In this document: in pieces, positions 36,202 to 46,469 of the stretch
How the letters are laid out: each line of letters opens with the position of its first letter
How positions within the stretch are numbered: position 1 is the stretch's first letter
Assembly: GCA_963849325.1 (NCBI GenBank)
Contig: CAWKHF010000005.1
Location: 1,056,001-1,120,000 of the forward strand
Direction of reading: 5' to 3'
DNA from: an uncultured Planctomycetota bacterium
GTDB lineage: Bacteria > Planctomycetota > Planctomycetia > Gemmatales > Gemmataceae
DNA: 64,000 nt
The notes under the pieces: model-generated
What the model was told of the DNA's origin: nothing
What the model saw: the letters and a program-made list of their open reading frames with translations, nothing else
Databases searched by the model: none
Translations under genes and position numbers: made by a program

Positions 36202-36260
36202 CCGAGCCGCGACCGTCAGGGAGCGGTGACGAAGACCGCTCCCTGACGGTCGCGGCTCGG
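36202..36260. repeat. REP-like palindrome, family G (GAGCCGCGACCGTCAGGGAGCGG)
   Basis: Perfect inverted repeat between convergent genes. Confidence 0.9.
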
Positions 36261-36261
36261 T

Positions 36262-37404
36262 TTACGCTCCGATTTCCGCCAGCGCTCGTGCGAGATGATC
36301 GATGTCCTCGGGCGTGCTGAACGGGCCGGGGCTGACGCGAACCGTGCCTTCGGGGGCCGTCTTCAGGGCGTGATGGATATACGGGGCACAGTGCAATCCC
36401 GGCCGCACGGCCACATCGAAAGAGCTATCGAGGGTGCCCCCAAGCTCCTGCGTATCCATCGCCTCGTTGCGAAAACTGATCGTGCCGACGCGCCGGACGT
36501 GATCGCGGTGGCCGAATACCTCGTATCCCTTCATCTCGTCCAGCCGTCGCCACAGTCGTTCGACCAACTCGACCTCATGGCGATGGATGTGCTCGATCCC
36601 CCGTTGCTGAACGTAGCGGATGCCCTCAATAAGGCCGGCGACGCCGAGGACGTTGGGTGTGCCGCCTTCGAGGAAGTGGGGGAACTCGCGCGGCTGCGTC
36701 TCGCTGGACGAATCGCCGCCGGTGCCGCCCTCGCGCCACGCCGCCACGCGCGTGCGCGGGCCGGCGTAGAGGAAGCCCGTTCCTGTCGGCCCCAGCAGCG
36801 ACTTGTGACCGGGAGCGGCCAGCAGGTCGATATTCATCTCCTGGATGTCGATGGGTACGACGCCCGCCGTCTGGGCCGCATCCACCAGGAAAAGCAGATC
36901 GTGCTCGCGCGCCAGGCGTCCGATCTCAGCGATCGGCTGCACGGTGCCGAGCACGTTGCTGCCGTGCGTCAGAGCAATAAGGCGCGTTTTCTTGGTGATA
37001 GCGCGACGGAGGTCATCGGGCTGCACGGTGCCGCCGCCGTCGGCGGCCACGCGCGTCAGGCTGATGCGTCCGGCCAGCTCCATCGCTCGCAAGGGCCGAC
37101 TGACGCTGTTGTGTTCCAGGTTCGTCGTGATGACGTGATCGCCCTCGGCCAGCACGCCCTTGAAGGCCATGTTCAGGGCGTCGGTGCAGTTGAGGGTGAA
37201 GATGAAGCGCTCCGGTTCCTTGCCGTGGAAGAACTGGTTGAGCAGGTGGCGGCCCTCGTCGAGCACGTGCTCGGCGGCCAGCGCCATCTTGTGTCCGGCG
37301 CGGCCGGGGTTGGCGAGGCTCTGCCGGGCGAAGCGGTCGAGGGCTTGATAGACCGTTTCAGGCTTGGGGAAACTGGTGGCGGCGTTATCGAGGTAAATCG
37401 TCAT
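36262..37404 (-). CDS. Cysteine desulfurase family protein (class V aminotransferase, group II-like)
   Basis: IYLDNAATS, EHNSV, DAAQ, GHK PLP lysine, EGGT.N and RPGLHCA. Confidence 0.88.
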   Translation of the reverse strand: MTIYLDNAATSFPKPETVYQALDRFARQSLANPGRAGHKMALAAEHVLDEGRHLLNQFFHGKEPERFIFTLNCTDALNMAFKGVLAEGDHVITTNLEHNSVSRPLRAMELAGRISLTRVAADGGGTVQPDDLRRAITKKTRLIALTHGSNVLGTVQPIAEIGRLAREHDLLFLVDAAQTAGVVPIDIQEMNIDLLAAPGHKSLLGPTGTGFLYAGPRTRVAAWREGGTGGDSSSETQPREFPHFLEGGTPNVLGVAGLIEGIRYVQQRGIEHIHRHEVELVERLWRRLDEMKGYEVFGHRDHVRRVGTISFRNEAMDTQELGGTLDSSFDVAVRPGLHCAPYIHHALKTAPEGTVRVSPGPFSTPEDIDHLARALAEIGA

Positions 37405-37425
37405 GAGTTAACCGTGAATTCTCGC

Positions 37426-37710
37426 TCAGGGGACTGCGCCATTGGACCGGAAGGAAACGTAATGGACCTTGGCCACCTCAACAATTCGATCCGGCTCTCG
37501 AACCGCGAAAAGAACTAACAGCGGATAGAAAACCATTTCTCGCCTTCCCGTGGAAGATAGGGTTCCCTTCCGCTCCGGATCGTTCACCAGCTCCGCATCA
37601 ACCTCCGCCGCTGCCGTGGTAATGGCTTCGCGCTGCTGAGGATGATCGATCCAAAGCTGCGCCAGTTGGTCGAGGGCGTGCTGCAACCAAGTAACCGTGA
37701 AGCGAGTCAT
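37426..37710 (-). CDS. RelE/ParE-like toxin
   Basis: 94 aa; F.V.W...A...L, L...P..G, R......L...F.V and V.V..V; ATGA overlap with the upstream small gene. Confidence 0.6.
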   Translation of the reverse strand: MTRFTVTWLQHALDQLAQLWIDHPQQREAITTAAAEVDAELVNDPERKGTLSSTGRREMVFYPLLVLFAVREPDRIVEVAKVHYVSFRSNGAVP

Positions 37711-37928
37711 TTCGACTCCAACGAGCGCAGATGCGCCAAAACCTGCTCCGTCGTGTAACGCGGTTCATCGGAGGCCAGATGTCGTTCAGCCTCTTCGAGA
37801 TCAGCCGGCGTGAAACCGACAAACTGGAGATAGCCGACGAGATGGCCACCGCTATCGCGCACTTCAACCTGTCTTGGTGTCTCAGCGAGGATTTTCATCT
37901 GCTCGTCGTTCAGAACGATGTGTTTCAT
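37707..37928 (-). CDS. Putative antitoxin
   Basis: 73 aa; VEVRD..G..VG plus an acidic C-terminus ending Y.T.QVL..L; coupled to the toxin. Confidence 0.55.
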   Translation of the reverse strand: MKHIVLNDEQMKILAETPRQVEVRDSGGHLVGYLQFVGFTPADLEEAERHLASDEPRYTTEQVLAHLRSLESK

Positions 37929-38084
37929 GAATGCAATCCTCCTTATACCATCAACATAACGAGAAACCTTACTGCCTGCCAGGATTGTTCTCTCACGCAC
38001 CGGACGGCAACGGATCGCTTGCGGAAACCCGGGCTACTTCATTTCCCCCGATCACCCGTCTCGCTCCACGCGCAACGGACCCCA

Positions 38085-39155
38085 TCAATGCCCGACGTAT
38101 TTGGCATACAACGTCCGCGCCTTGTCCACGTCGGCGGTCCCCTTGATAATGGCCCGACCGTCGGGGAACACCGTGAACTCATAGCTCTCGACGTTGAACT
38201 TGAGCAGGAATCGGTTGTAATTCACCTCGCCCATCTTCTCCAGGTGACGGGCCATCTCCTCGAAGTTGAGCTTGGTCGGCGTGCGGTGCGACACCTGCAC
38301 GGCATTGCGGCCGCACAGGCTGGTTGTCTGCGAACCGTGGGCGCCGTCCAGCCACTCGAAGCGGCGATGCCGGCAGCAGGGACAATCGACCTTGCCCAGC
38401 AGCGGCGCGATCTTGATGCGGCGCTGCACGTTGTCCCAGATGTCGAAGTACAGCAGTTCGCGGTTGATCCGGTCGCGTCGGCCGGTCAGGATCTTGAATG
38501 CTTCGGTCGCTTGCAGGCTGGCGATGATGTTGACCATCGGGCCGAGGACGCCGGCCGTCTCGCAGGTGCCGGCCTCGCCCGGCGCCGGGGCGGCCTCGAA
38601 AACGCAGCGCAGACACGGCGTTTCGCCGGGCAGAATGGTCATCGTCTGGCCGTGGCTGCCGATGCAGCCGCCGTAGACCCACGGTTTGCCCAGCTTCACG
38701 GCCACGTCATTGATGAGATAACGGATCTCGAAATTGTCCGTACCATCGAGGATCAGGTCGGCGTCCTGCACCAGTTCGACGATGTTGGTGCGATCGATGT
38801 CGGCGACGACGGGATCGACGTGGACGCTGGAGTTGATGGCGCCGAGCTTGCGGGCGGCGGCCTCGGCCTTGGGCAGGTTCTCGGCCACGTCATGCTCATC
38901 GAACAGCACTTGCCGTTGCAGGTTGCTCGTCTCGATGAAATCGCGGTCGATCAGGCGCAGATGGCCGACGCCGGCGCGAACCAGGGCGTTGGCCAGCACG
39001 GTGCCCAGGGCGCCGCAGCCGCACAGCGTCACGCGCGAAGCGAGCAAGCGGCGTTGGCCGTCCTCGCCGATGCCGGGGAAGCGAATTTGCCGGCTGTAGC
39101 GCTCCAGGCTCCCGTCGCTGGCGCTCCGGGCTTGGGGGGATGCGTCCGTCGTCAT
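38085..39155 (-). CDS. moeB: MoeB/ThiF-family sulfur-carrier adenylyltransferase
   Basis: RYSRQ, GCGALG, D.D....SNLQRQ, DGTDN, PCLRC, TC.TAGV and CPCC. Confidence 0.9.
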   Translation of the reverse strand: MTTDASPQARSASDGSLERYSRQIRFPGIGEDGQRRLLASRVTLCGCGALGTVLANALVRAGVGHLRLIDRDFIETSNLQRQVLFDEHDVAENLPKAEAAARKLGAINSSVHVDPVVADIDRTNIVELVQDADLILDGTDNFEIRYLINDVAVKLGKPWVYGGCIGSHGQTMTILPGETPCLRCVFEAAPAPGEAGTCETAGVLGPMVNIIASLQATEAFKILTGRRDRINRELLYFDIWDNVQRRIKIAPLLGKVDCPCCRHRRFEWLDGAHGSQTTSLCGRNAVQVSHRTPTKLNFEEMARHLEKMGEVNYNRFLLKFNVESYEFTVFPDGRAIIKGTADVDKARTLYAKYVGH

Positions 39156-39490
39156 GCTTCGCCTTTCTCGATGCCGAAATCCTGGAGGAAACTTTGTAGC
39201 ACCCGCACCAGTTGTTTGGGCCATTTTTCCTGTTTGGCGAACGCGATCAGGCAGGCCATGTCCTCGCGCACTTGCCGTAGCAGTGCTCCGTCGAGGCGCT
39301 GCAGGTAGCCGGCCAGGTAATGCAGCGCCTCCTCGGCGGCGGCGGCATCGACCACGGTATCGTCGGAACCGGCCAGGAATACGGTGGCGTGCAAGGCAGC
39401 CAGCAGCAGGGGGTTGACACCCAACTCGGGCGGGATCAGGGGAAAGACCGCCGCACCCTCGGGCACCTCGGCCTCGCCGGCATCGCTCAT
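39152..39490 (-). CDS. Hypothetical protein, translationally coupled to moeB
   Basis: 112-aa ORF MSDAGEAEV... with ATGA overlap and typical codon bias. Confidence 0.6.
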   Translation of the reverse strand: MSDAGEAEVPEGAAVFPLIPPELGVNPLLLAALHATVFLAGSDDTVVDAAAAEEALHYLAGYLQRLDGALLRQVREDMACLIAFAKQEKWPKQLVRVLQSFLQDFGIEKGEA

Positions 39491-39491
39491 G

Positions 39492-39764
39492 TCAACCTCC
39501 GGCCACGGCGGGAATGATCGCCAGTTCGTCGCCGTCCTTGACCGGCGTGGCGAGATTATCCAGATAGCGAATGTCCTCATTATTGAGGTAGATGTTGACG
39601 AAGCGCCGCACCTGCCCGTTGTCGAAGAGGCGCTGCGTCAGGGCGGGGTACTTACTGCCCAGGGCGGCGAGGGCGGTCTGCACGTTGGTCCCGGCGACCT
39701 GCACGGACGCTTGCCCGTCGGCGTGCGGACGCATCGGCGTCGGAATATGGATGGTGATCGGCAT
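39492..39764 (-). CDS. MoaD/ThiS/CysO-family ubiquitin-like sulfur carrier
   Basis: IPT.MR, FVNIYLN.EDIR and C-terminal IPAVAGG. Confidence 0.9.
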   Translation of the reverse strand: MPITIHIPTPMRPHADGQASVQVAGTNVQTALAALGSKYPALTQRLFDNGQVRRFVNIYLNNEDIRYLDNLATPVKDGDELAIIPAVAGG

Positions 39765-39803
39765 GATGTTCCTCCACAAAGCGCGACAACAGAAACCAGG
39801 TCG

Positions 39804-40346
39804 TCACAGTCCAGCCGCGAGCCGGCGCGGTTTGCGGCGGACGCGGACAGCCTGGATCAACAGGGCGAGAATGACGATTTTCACCGGCAGACCCAGCAGC
39901 GCCAGGCCGGGCAACACCAGCGCGTCCACGAGGGCCAGCCCTAGGTAGATGGCTCCCGCCGTCAGGACGGCCGGCAGCGGCTGCCAACGCGCCCACCAGC
40001 CCAGGGCGAGGAAAATCAGCAATATCGCCACGCCGATCAGCAGCAGGTCGGGAATGAAGTCGGCCTTCAGCTGCTCGCGCGACACCAGCAGCGGTCCCAG
40101 GACGATCAAGCCGCCGCAGCCGATGAGGTTGACGAGAGCGGCGCTGAACAGCCAAGCGGAGGGCTGCTGGCTTGGCGTCCGCTCGGAATCGGACGCGGGT
40201 ACGGCAGCCCGCTCGTGCGAGACCGACTCGTGGCGCTGGTGTGCCAGGGAGGCGGGGGGAAGTTTCTTGCCGCAGCCCTCGCAATAGCCCGCCGACTGGA
40301 CAGCGTCGTTGTCGGCGTCGCAGTACAGACATCGTACGCGGGACAT
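39804..40346 (-). CDS. Membrane protein with N-terminal zinc ribbon
   Basis: CLYC...CEGCG followed by about 4 TM helices. Confidence 0.65.
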   Translation of the reverse strand: MSRVRCLYCDADNDAVQSAGYCEGCGKKLPPASLAHQRHESVSHERAAVPASDSERTPSQQPSAWLFSAALVNLIGCGGLIVLGPLLVSREQLKADFIPDLLLIGVAILLIFLALGWWARWQPLPAVLTAGAIYLGLALVDALVLPGLALLGLPVKIVILALLIQAVRVRRKPRRLAAGL

Positions 40347-40410
40347 GGCGCGTCTCTCTTCCGGGCCACTGGCGGCTTCGCGCGACGCTAAGCCGTCAGC
40401 GGCCACCGTG

Positions 40411-41668
40411 TCACACCAGCACCGGACTCGACGCCTCGGCGATCAGACCGCTGAACTCCTCCAGCGACGGCGCGATGACGGTCGGCTCTTCCAGGTAGTC
40501 GGCCACGGCGTCCTGCGTCTTCAGGCCGTTGCCGGTGATGCACAGCACGATCTCCTCGTCGCGCGGCAGGCGACCCTGTTCGAGCAATTTGCGGGCGACG
40601 GCGAGGGTCACGCCGCCGGCCGTCTCGGCGAAGATGCCCTCGGTTCGGCCCAGCAGTGCCATCGCCTCGGCGATCTCGCGGTCGCTGACGTCCTCGGCCC
40701 AGCCGCCCGAGTCGCGGATGACCTTCGCCGCGAAATAGCCGTCGGCCGGATCGCCGATGGCCAGCGACTTGGCGATGGTGTTCGGCTTGCGCACCGGCCG
40801 ATGAGCGTCCCAGCCGTTCTTGACCGCGGCGCTGATCGGGTTGCAGCCGGTCGGCTGGGCGCCGTAGAACTTGCAGCGCGGCTGTTCGATCAGTCCGGTG
40901 CGGTGCAGCTCGGTAAACGCCTTCTGAATCTTGCCGATCAGGCTGCCGCCGGCCATCGGACAGACGACGTGTCGCGGGGTGCCGCCAGCCGAGTTGCTCG
41001 GCCATCTCGAAACCAAACGTCTTGGAACCCTCGGCGTAGAACGGCCGCAGGTTGATGTTGACGAAGCCCCAACCGTACTTGAAGGCGATCTGCGTACACA
41101 GGCGGTTGACCTCGTCGTAGGTGCCGCGGATGCCGATGACCTTCGCCCCGTAAACGCTGGTGCCGAGGATCTTGGAACGCTCCAGGTCGGCCGGCACGAG
41201 GATGTAACTCTCCAGGCCGGCGGCGGCGGCGTTGGCGGCGACGCTGTTGGCCAGGTTGCCGGTCGAGGCACAGCCCACCGTGGTCAGGCCGAGTTCGCGG
41301 GCCTTGCTCAGAGCGACGGCGACGACGCGGTCCTTGAACGACAGCGTCGGGAAGTTCACGGCGTCATTCTTGAGCCACAGCCGTTCGACGCCCAGCTCAC
41401 GGGCCAGGCGGTCGGCCGGGACCAGCGGCGTACCGCCGACCTGCCGGCCGACGGTCGGCTCGCCGTCCAGCGGCAGAAACTCCTGGTAGCGCCACATGTT
41501 GAACGGCCGCAGCTCAATCTTGGCGCGGTCGAGGGCGTCGGCGATGGCGTCGTAGTCGTAATCGACTTCGAGGGGGCCGAAGTCCTCGGTGCAGAAGTTG
41601 GTCGCCGAGATGGGGTAAGCCTGGCCGCACAGGCGGCATTTCAGGCCGCGGACGAAAGAAGAAGACAC
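40411..41668 (-). CDS. thrC: Threonine synthase-like PLP enzyme (frameshift near 40985)
   Basis: GTG start after GAGGA; CRLCG, PTLSFKDR, ASTGNLA, EGSKT, AIGDPADG, EGIF.E and TGNGLK. Confidence 0.85.
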
Positions 41669-41783
41669 GGACAATTCCTCCACAAGCCGGAGCAAGGTTC
41701 CCGAGCCGGAGGTGTGTATCGTCCAGGAGGGGTTCTCTGCGGAAGGCAGAGAGTAGAGAGGCAAGAGGCGTGCGGGGCACACG

Positions 41784-41896
41784 ATCTTATCTCTCCCGGC
41801 GCACGCCGGGTAGGAGGTAGCACCAGCATCCCCCTTGCGGAGGACCGGTTGCTGTGGCTTCACAGGGCCTAATCCCTCAGCCACTCTGGATAAGAT
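41784..41896 (-). promoter_or_regulatory. SAM-I riboswitch (S-box)
   Basis: Minus strand ATCTTATC-CAGAG-TGGCTGAGGGATTAGGCCCTGTGAAGCCA-CAGCAACC...GGTGCTACCTCC...GATAAGAT; P1 ATCTTATC/GATAAGAT. Confidence 0.92.
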
Positions 41897-42076
41897 ACCC
41901 ACCAGGTTGTCAGAACATGATCTTAGGACATCGTTGTGGCAGAGGCAATGGCCACTCGGCGTTTTTTCGGGAAAGCCACGGAAGCTCCACGGCAAATCCT
42001 TCACGGGACATTGGGCGGAAGGGGACCAATGAGGTAGAATGGGGACAGATTCATTACCTACGACAGGAGCTGGCCC

Positions 42077-42319
42077 ATGCCTCCCGCCGATCTGCTGCTT
42101 ATGCTTCGCGCCCAGCCGTTTGTCCCCTTCCGTATTCATCTGTCCGATGGGACGGTGTATGAGATCCGCCATCCCGAATTGGTTTTGCTCAGCCTGGCCT
42201 CCGCGATTATCGCATTCCCGGACCCGGAACATCCCGGCTTGAATCGTTCCTGGGAGATCGTCGCCCTCCGCCACATGGTCCGCCTGGAGCGCATTGAGCC
42301 AGTCACTCAAGCCGGTTGA
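42077..42319 (+). CDS. Small conserved hypothetical protein (PF.PFRI.LSDG..YEI.HPE type)
   Basis: 80-aa ORF with AGGAG RBS. Confidence 0.7.
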   Translation: MPPADLLLMLRAQPFVPFRIHLSDGTVYEIRHPELVLLSLASAIIAFPDPEHPGLNRSWEIVALRHMVRLERIEPVTQAG

Positions 42320-42338
42320 CCGACACGACCTGCTGTGG

Positions 42339-43646
42339 TCACGACCCCCACAGCCAGAGCAACAAGACGATAATCAGATTCACGCCCAGAAGCACAATCC
42401 CGATGGCGATCAGCAGCATTTTCATTCGCACCGACCAGCGCGGCGGGGCGGGTTCCGACTCCCTCTCATCGGACAAATCCATCTCCGAGGCGGAGGGGTT
42501 CGGCAAGTTATCCTCCACCGGCGGTTCGGCCTGTTCCAGAGCGGCGACCGCCTCGACGTACCACGGATCCTCTCGGCGGTCCAACGGCAGAATGGGGGCG
42601 TCCGTCGCCCAGGCGCGCAGCTCCTCCTCGACGGCCGCCGCCGAGGGTGGGCGTTCCTTCGGTTCCTTGGCCATCATCTGTTCGACAAGCCGAGCGAAGT
42701 CGGCCGGCACGGATGGGGCCAGCTCCAACAGCGGCCTCGGCTCCTCGTTGCGATGACGGCGGACCTTGTCGCGGCTGCTGCCGCCGGGGAACGGCGGTTG
42801 GCCGGTCAGGGCGAAGTACAGCGTACAGCCCAGAGCGTAAATGTCGGCCCGGCCGTCCACCCCGGCCGAATCGGTCGTCTGTTCCGGGGCGATGTAGTCC
42901 ATGGTGCCGACGATGTAACCCTGGCCGCCGATCACGCTCTCCTCGGCCTGCTCGCCCAGCATCAACGCCAGGCCGAGATCGAGCACCTTGGCATGATCGT
43001 TGGGCGTGACCATGATGTTCGACGGCTTCAGGTCGCGGTGGATCAGCCCCTGGTTGTGGGCGTGCTCCAGTCCCGAGGCGGCCTCAGCCATCAACCGAGC
43101 GGCGCGGGCGACGGACAGCGGCCCGCCCTCGGCGACGACGCGCGACAGGTTCTTGCCGGGAATGTACTCCATGGCGATGTAGTAGACGTGCTGACAAATG
43201 CCGCTCTCGTAGGTCCAGGCCAGGTGCGGATGAGCGACGCGACGGCTCATCTCCATCTCGCGCTGGAAGCGAGCCAGCAAGCGGTCTTCGTTGCGCCAGC
43301 GGCTGGGCGGCAGCAGTTTCAAGGCCACCAGTTCGCCGCTGCGCTCGTCGCGGGCCAGGTACACCGTGCTCATGCCGCCGCGACCGATCGGCGACAGGAT
43401 CTGGAAATGACCCAGGAGCAGCCCTCGGCCGGCCCCGCGCATGATCTTACTGGCCTGGAAGCGCGTCAGCTTGCCTTTGCGGACGAGGTGGTCGGCCAGG
43501 GCGCGGGGATCGTCGCGCTGTTCCTTCGGTACGTCGCGCAGCGCCTCCTGGAGCTGAGCACGGTCCAGCAGGCCGCTACGCAACACGGTCTTGAGAAAGC
43601 CCTCGACGGAGGGGAGATCGGTACGAGAAGAGGGAACCTCGGACAT
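42339..43646 (-). CDS. Hanks-type Ser/Thr protein kinase with C-terminal TM
   Basis: IGRGGMSTVY, VALK, HRDLKPSN, DLGLA, GT.DYIAPEQ and DIYALG. Confidence 0.93.
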   Translation of the reverse strand: MSEVPSSRTDLPSVEGFLKTVLRSGLLDRAQLQEALRDVPKEQRDDPRALADHLVRKGKLTRFQASKIMRGAGRGLLLGHFQILSPIGRGGMSTVYLARDERSGELVALKLLPPSRWRNEDRLLARFQREMEMSRRVAHPHLAWTYESGICQHVYYIAMEYIPGKNLSRVVAEGGPLSVARAARLMAEAASGLEHAHNQGLIHRDLKPSNIMVTPNDHAKVLDLGLALMLGEQAEESVIGGQGYIVGTMDYIAPEQTTDSAGVDGRADIYALGCTLYFALTGQPPFPGGSSRDKVRRHRNEEPRPLLELAPSVPADFARLVEQMMAKEPKERPPSAAAVEEELRAWATDAPILPLDRREDPWYVEAVAALEQAEPPVEDNLPNPSASEMDLSDERESEPAPPRWSVRMKMLLIAIGIVLLGVNLIIVLLLWLWGS

Positions 43647-43702
43647 GCGGTTTCCGGCGGTTTGGACCAGGGGCCGCTCGCGGCCCCGAACCCTGCCATC
43701 CC

Positions 43703-46266
43703 CTACTCGCGGATCTGCGCCTTGAGGACGTGCTTGAGGCGGCCCATGATTTTCTTGTGCGCGTTGCTCACTTCCTTATCTGTCAGTGTGCGGTCGTCGG
43801 CCTGATAGGTCAAGGCGTAGGCGAGGCTCTTGGTCCCGGCGGGGATGCTGTCGCCGCGGTATAGGTCGAACAGACGCAGGCCGCGGAGCAACGAACCGCC
43901 GGCGGTACGGATCTCGCCGGCCACGCGCTCGGCGGGCATGGCTTCCTCGACGATGACGGCCACGTCGCGCAGGGCAGCTGGGAAGCGCGGCACCGACTGA
44001 TACAGGGGACGCGGCAGCAGCACGCCGTGCAGCGCCTCCAGGTCGATCTCGCCGGCCAGCACCGGACGCCCGCCAAGCCGGAACGCCTCGGCGACCTTCG
44101 GATGCAATTCGCCGAAGTGGCCGAGAACGCGATCGCCCACGACCAACTCGGCGGCGCGGCCCGGATGCAGGGCCGGCACTTGGGCGGGACGATAGCTCAC
44201 GTTCGCCACGTGCAAATCGGCGAGGAGCGCTTCGAGGACGCCCTTGAGGTCGTAGAAATCCAGCATCGGCGCCGGCGCAGCGGGCGCATCACTCCAGAAC
44301 TCCGTCTGCCGAACGCCGCACAGGATGAGGGCGAGGCGGCGCGGCTCGTCGGGCAGCTTCTGGTTGGGCCGCGGCAGATAAACCGAGCCGATCTCGAATA
44401 GCCGCACGTCGTTGGTGTGTTGCAAATTCGACGCCGCCACGTCGAGCACGCCGGCGAGGAGGCTGTGCCGCATGACTTCGCGCTCGCTGCTAATGGGGTT
44501 CTGCAAACGGACGTACTCGCCCGGCGGCAGGCCCAGCGGTTTCTCGTGCTCCTCGGTCGTCAAGGCGTAGGTGATGACTTCCTGCAAGCCCAGCGCGACC
44601 AGACGGTCGCGCAGGCGCTCCTCGAAGACGAGTGGTTGATTGGTTCGCTGCTGCGGCAGCTGATCGGCCAGCAGCGTCGCCGGCAGACGATCGTAGCCGT
44701 ACAGCCGAACCAGGTCCTCAATGAGGTCCGCCGGCCCTTCCTGAATGTCGAGTCGATGCGGCGGCGCCGTCGCCCGCAGAACGTCTGCATCTCCTTCCTC
44801 GACCTGAAATTCGAGCGCCCGCAGGATGCGGACGCACTCCGCGCGTGGCAGGTCCATGCCGAGGACACGGCGGACCTCCGACATCTTCAGTTCGATGACC
44901 CGCAGCGGCAACGGTCGAGGGTAGACATCGACCAGGCCGCGACAGATCGTGGCCCCGGCGTGCGGACGCATCAACTCGGCGGCGCGCTCGACGGCGGGCT
45001 GGACCGTCTCGGGATGGATGCCCTTGCTGAAGCGCACGCTCGCCTCGCTGGGCAGGTTGAGCGCCTTCATGGTGCGGCGGATGGAAATGAAATCGAAATT
45101 GGCCGACTCCAGCAAGACGTTGCGCGTGGCGTCCGTGACCATCGTCTCGGCGCCGCCCTTGATGCCGGCCAGGGCGATTGGTCCTGCCTCATCGGCGATA
45201 ATCAGCATCTCCGTTGTCAGTTTCAAGGGGGCAGTCTTGTTGCCTTCGTCGAGCGTCGCCAACGTCTCGCCGGCGCGGGCGGGACGGATGCGAATGTGCG
45301 GCGACTTGCCGGCGGCGCGGCGCGCAGCTTATCGAAATCGAAGGCGTGCAACGGCTGGCCCCATTCCAGCAAGACGTAGTTGGTGATGTCCACGATATTG
45401 CTGATGGGCCGCATGCCGGCGTAGCTGAGGCGTCGCCGCATCCATCCCGGCGAAGGACCGATGTACACGTCTCGGAGCAGCATCGCCGCGTAACGGGCGC
45501 ACAACTTCGGGTTCTCGATGGAGACGCGCACCTGTCCCTCGATGGCCGGTCCCCCTGCTCCCCTCTCCCCCGCTTCGGGGGAGAGGGGTTGGGGGTGAGG
45601 GGGGGGCGGCAGACGCAGCGTTTGCCCCGTGAGGGCGGCGACTTCGCGGGCCACGCCGAGCATGGACAGACAGCGCGCCATGTTCGGCGTCACTTCCAGC
45701 TCCAGTACGATGTCGCCCAGGAAATCGACGGCGGGCGTGCCGGGCGCGACGTCTTCATCCAGCAGGATAATGCCCGCTTCCTTGTCGTCGTCGATGCCCA
45801 GCTCGAACGCGGAGCAGACCATCGCATCGCTGGGAATGCCGCGGATCTTCGCCGGCTTCAACTCTTGCAACGTCTTCTCGTTGCTCTTGGCATGGTGGTT
45901 GAACAGCACCGAGCCGGTCAGGGCGAGGATGACCTTCTGTCCGCAATCACCGATCTTGAGGTTCGGCGCCCCGGTGACGAGCTGCTTGGTACGGCCCTCG
46001 CCGTATTCCACAGTCGGCAGTTTCAGGTTGACGACGGCGGGATCGGGGTGCGGCTCGACTTTCTGCACGCGAGCGCTGACGATTTTGTCCGGCTGCCACA
46101 CCGGCCCGACCTCGGCGGACTTGACGCGCAGTCCCTCGGGGGGCGGCACGCCGATCAGACGGACAGCGGACACTTCCAGGCCGGCCAGAGTGAGGCGTTC
46201 GACCAACTCGGCGACGGGAACCGTCAACGGCACGTATTCCGCGAGCCACTTCAGAGGTATTTTCAT
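43703..46266 (-). CDS. pheT: Phenylalanyl-tRNA synthetase beta subunit (frameshift near 45300)
   Basis: MKIPLKWL, GAPN, S..M.CS..ELG, TPN...CLS..G.ARE, VDITNYV, GQP.HAFD, NP.S.E...MR.SL and D.Y.G..I..G.KSLA. Confidence 0.95.
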
Positions 46267-46469
46267 GGTGTCTTCTCGAATCCGTCGTGGACGTCCGCGG
46301 GACGTCGCCTCGGGTACACCCTTGTTATAGAGGGCGCGCCGTGCGCGGGACAACGGCAAGCCGGCGGGCTGGACTACTCACCTTTACTCGCCCACCGAGG
46401 TAGATTACCCTCGGGGGAGAACGTGCGATCGATACGCCCTGTTCCTTGGATGCGGGAGGCAAACTCCTC

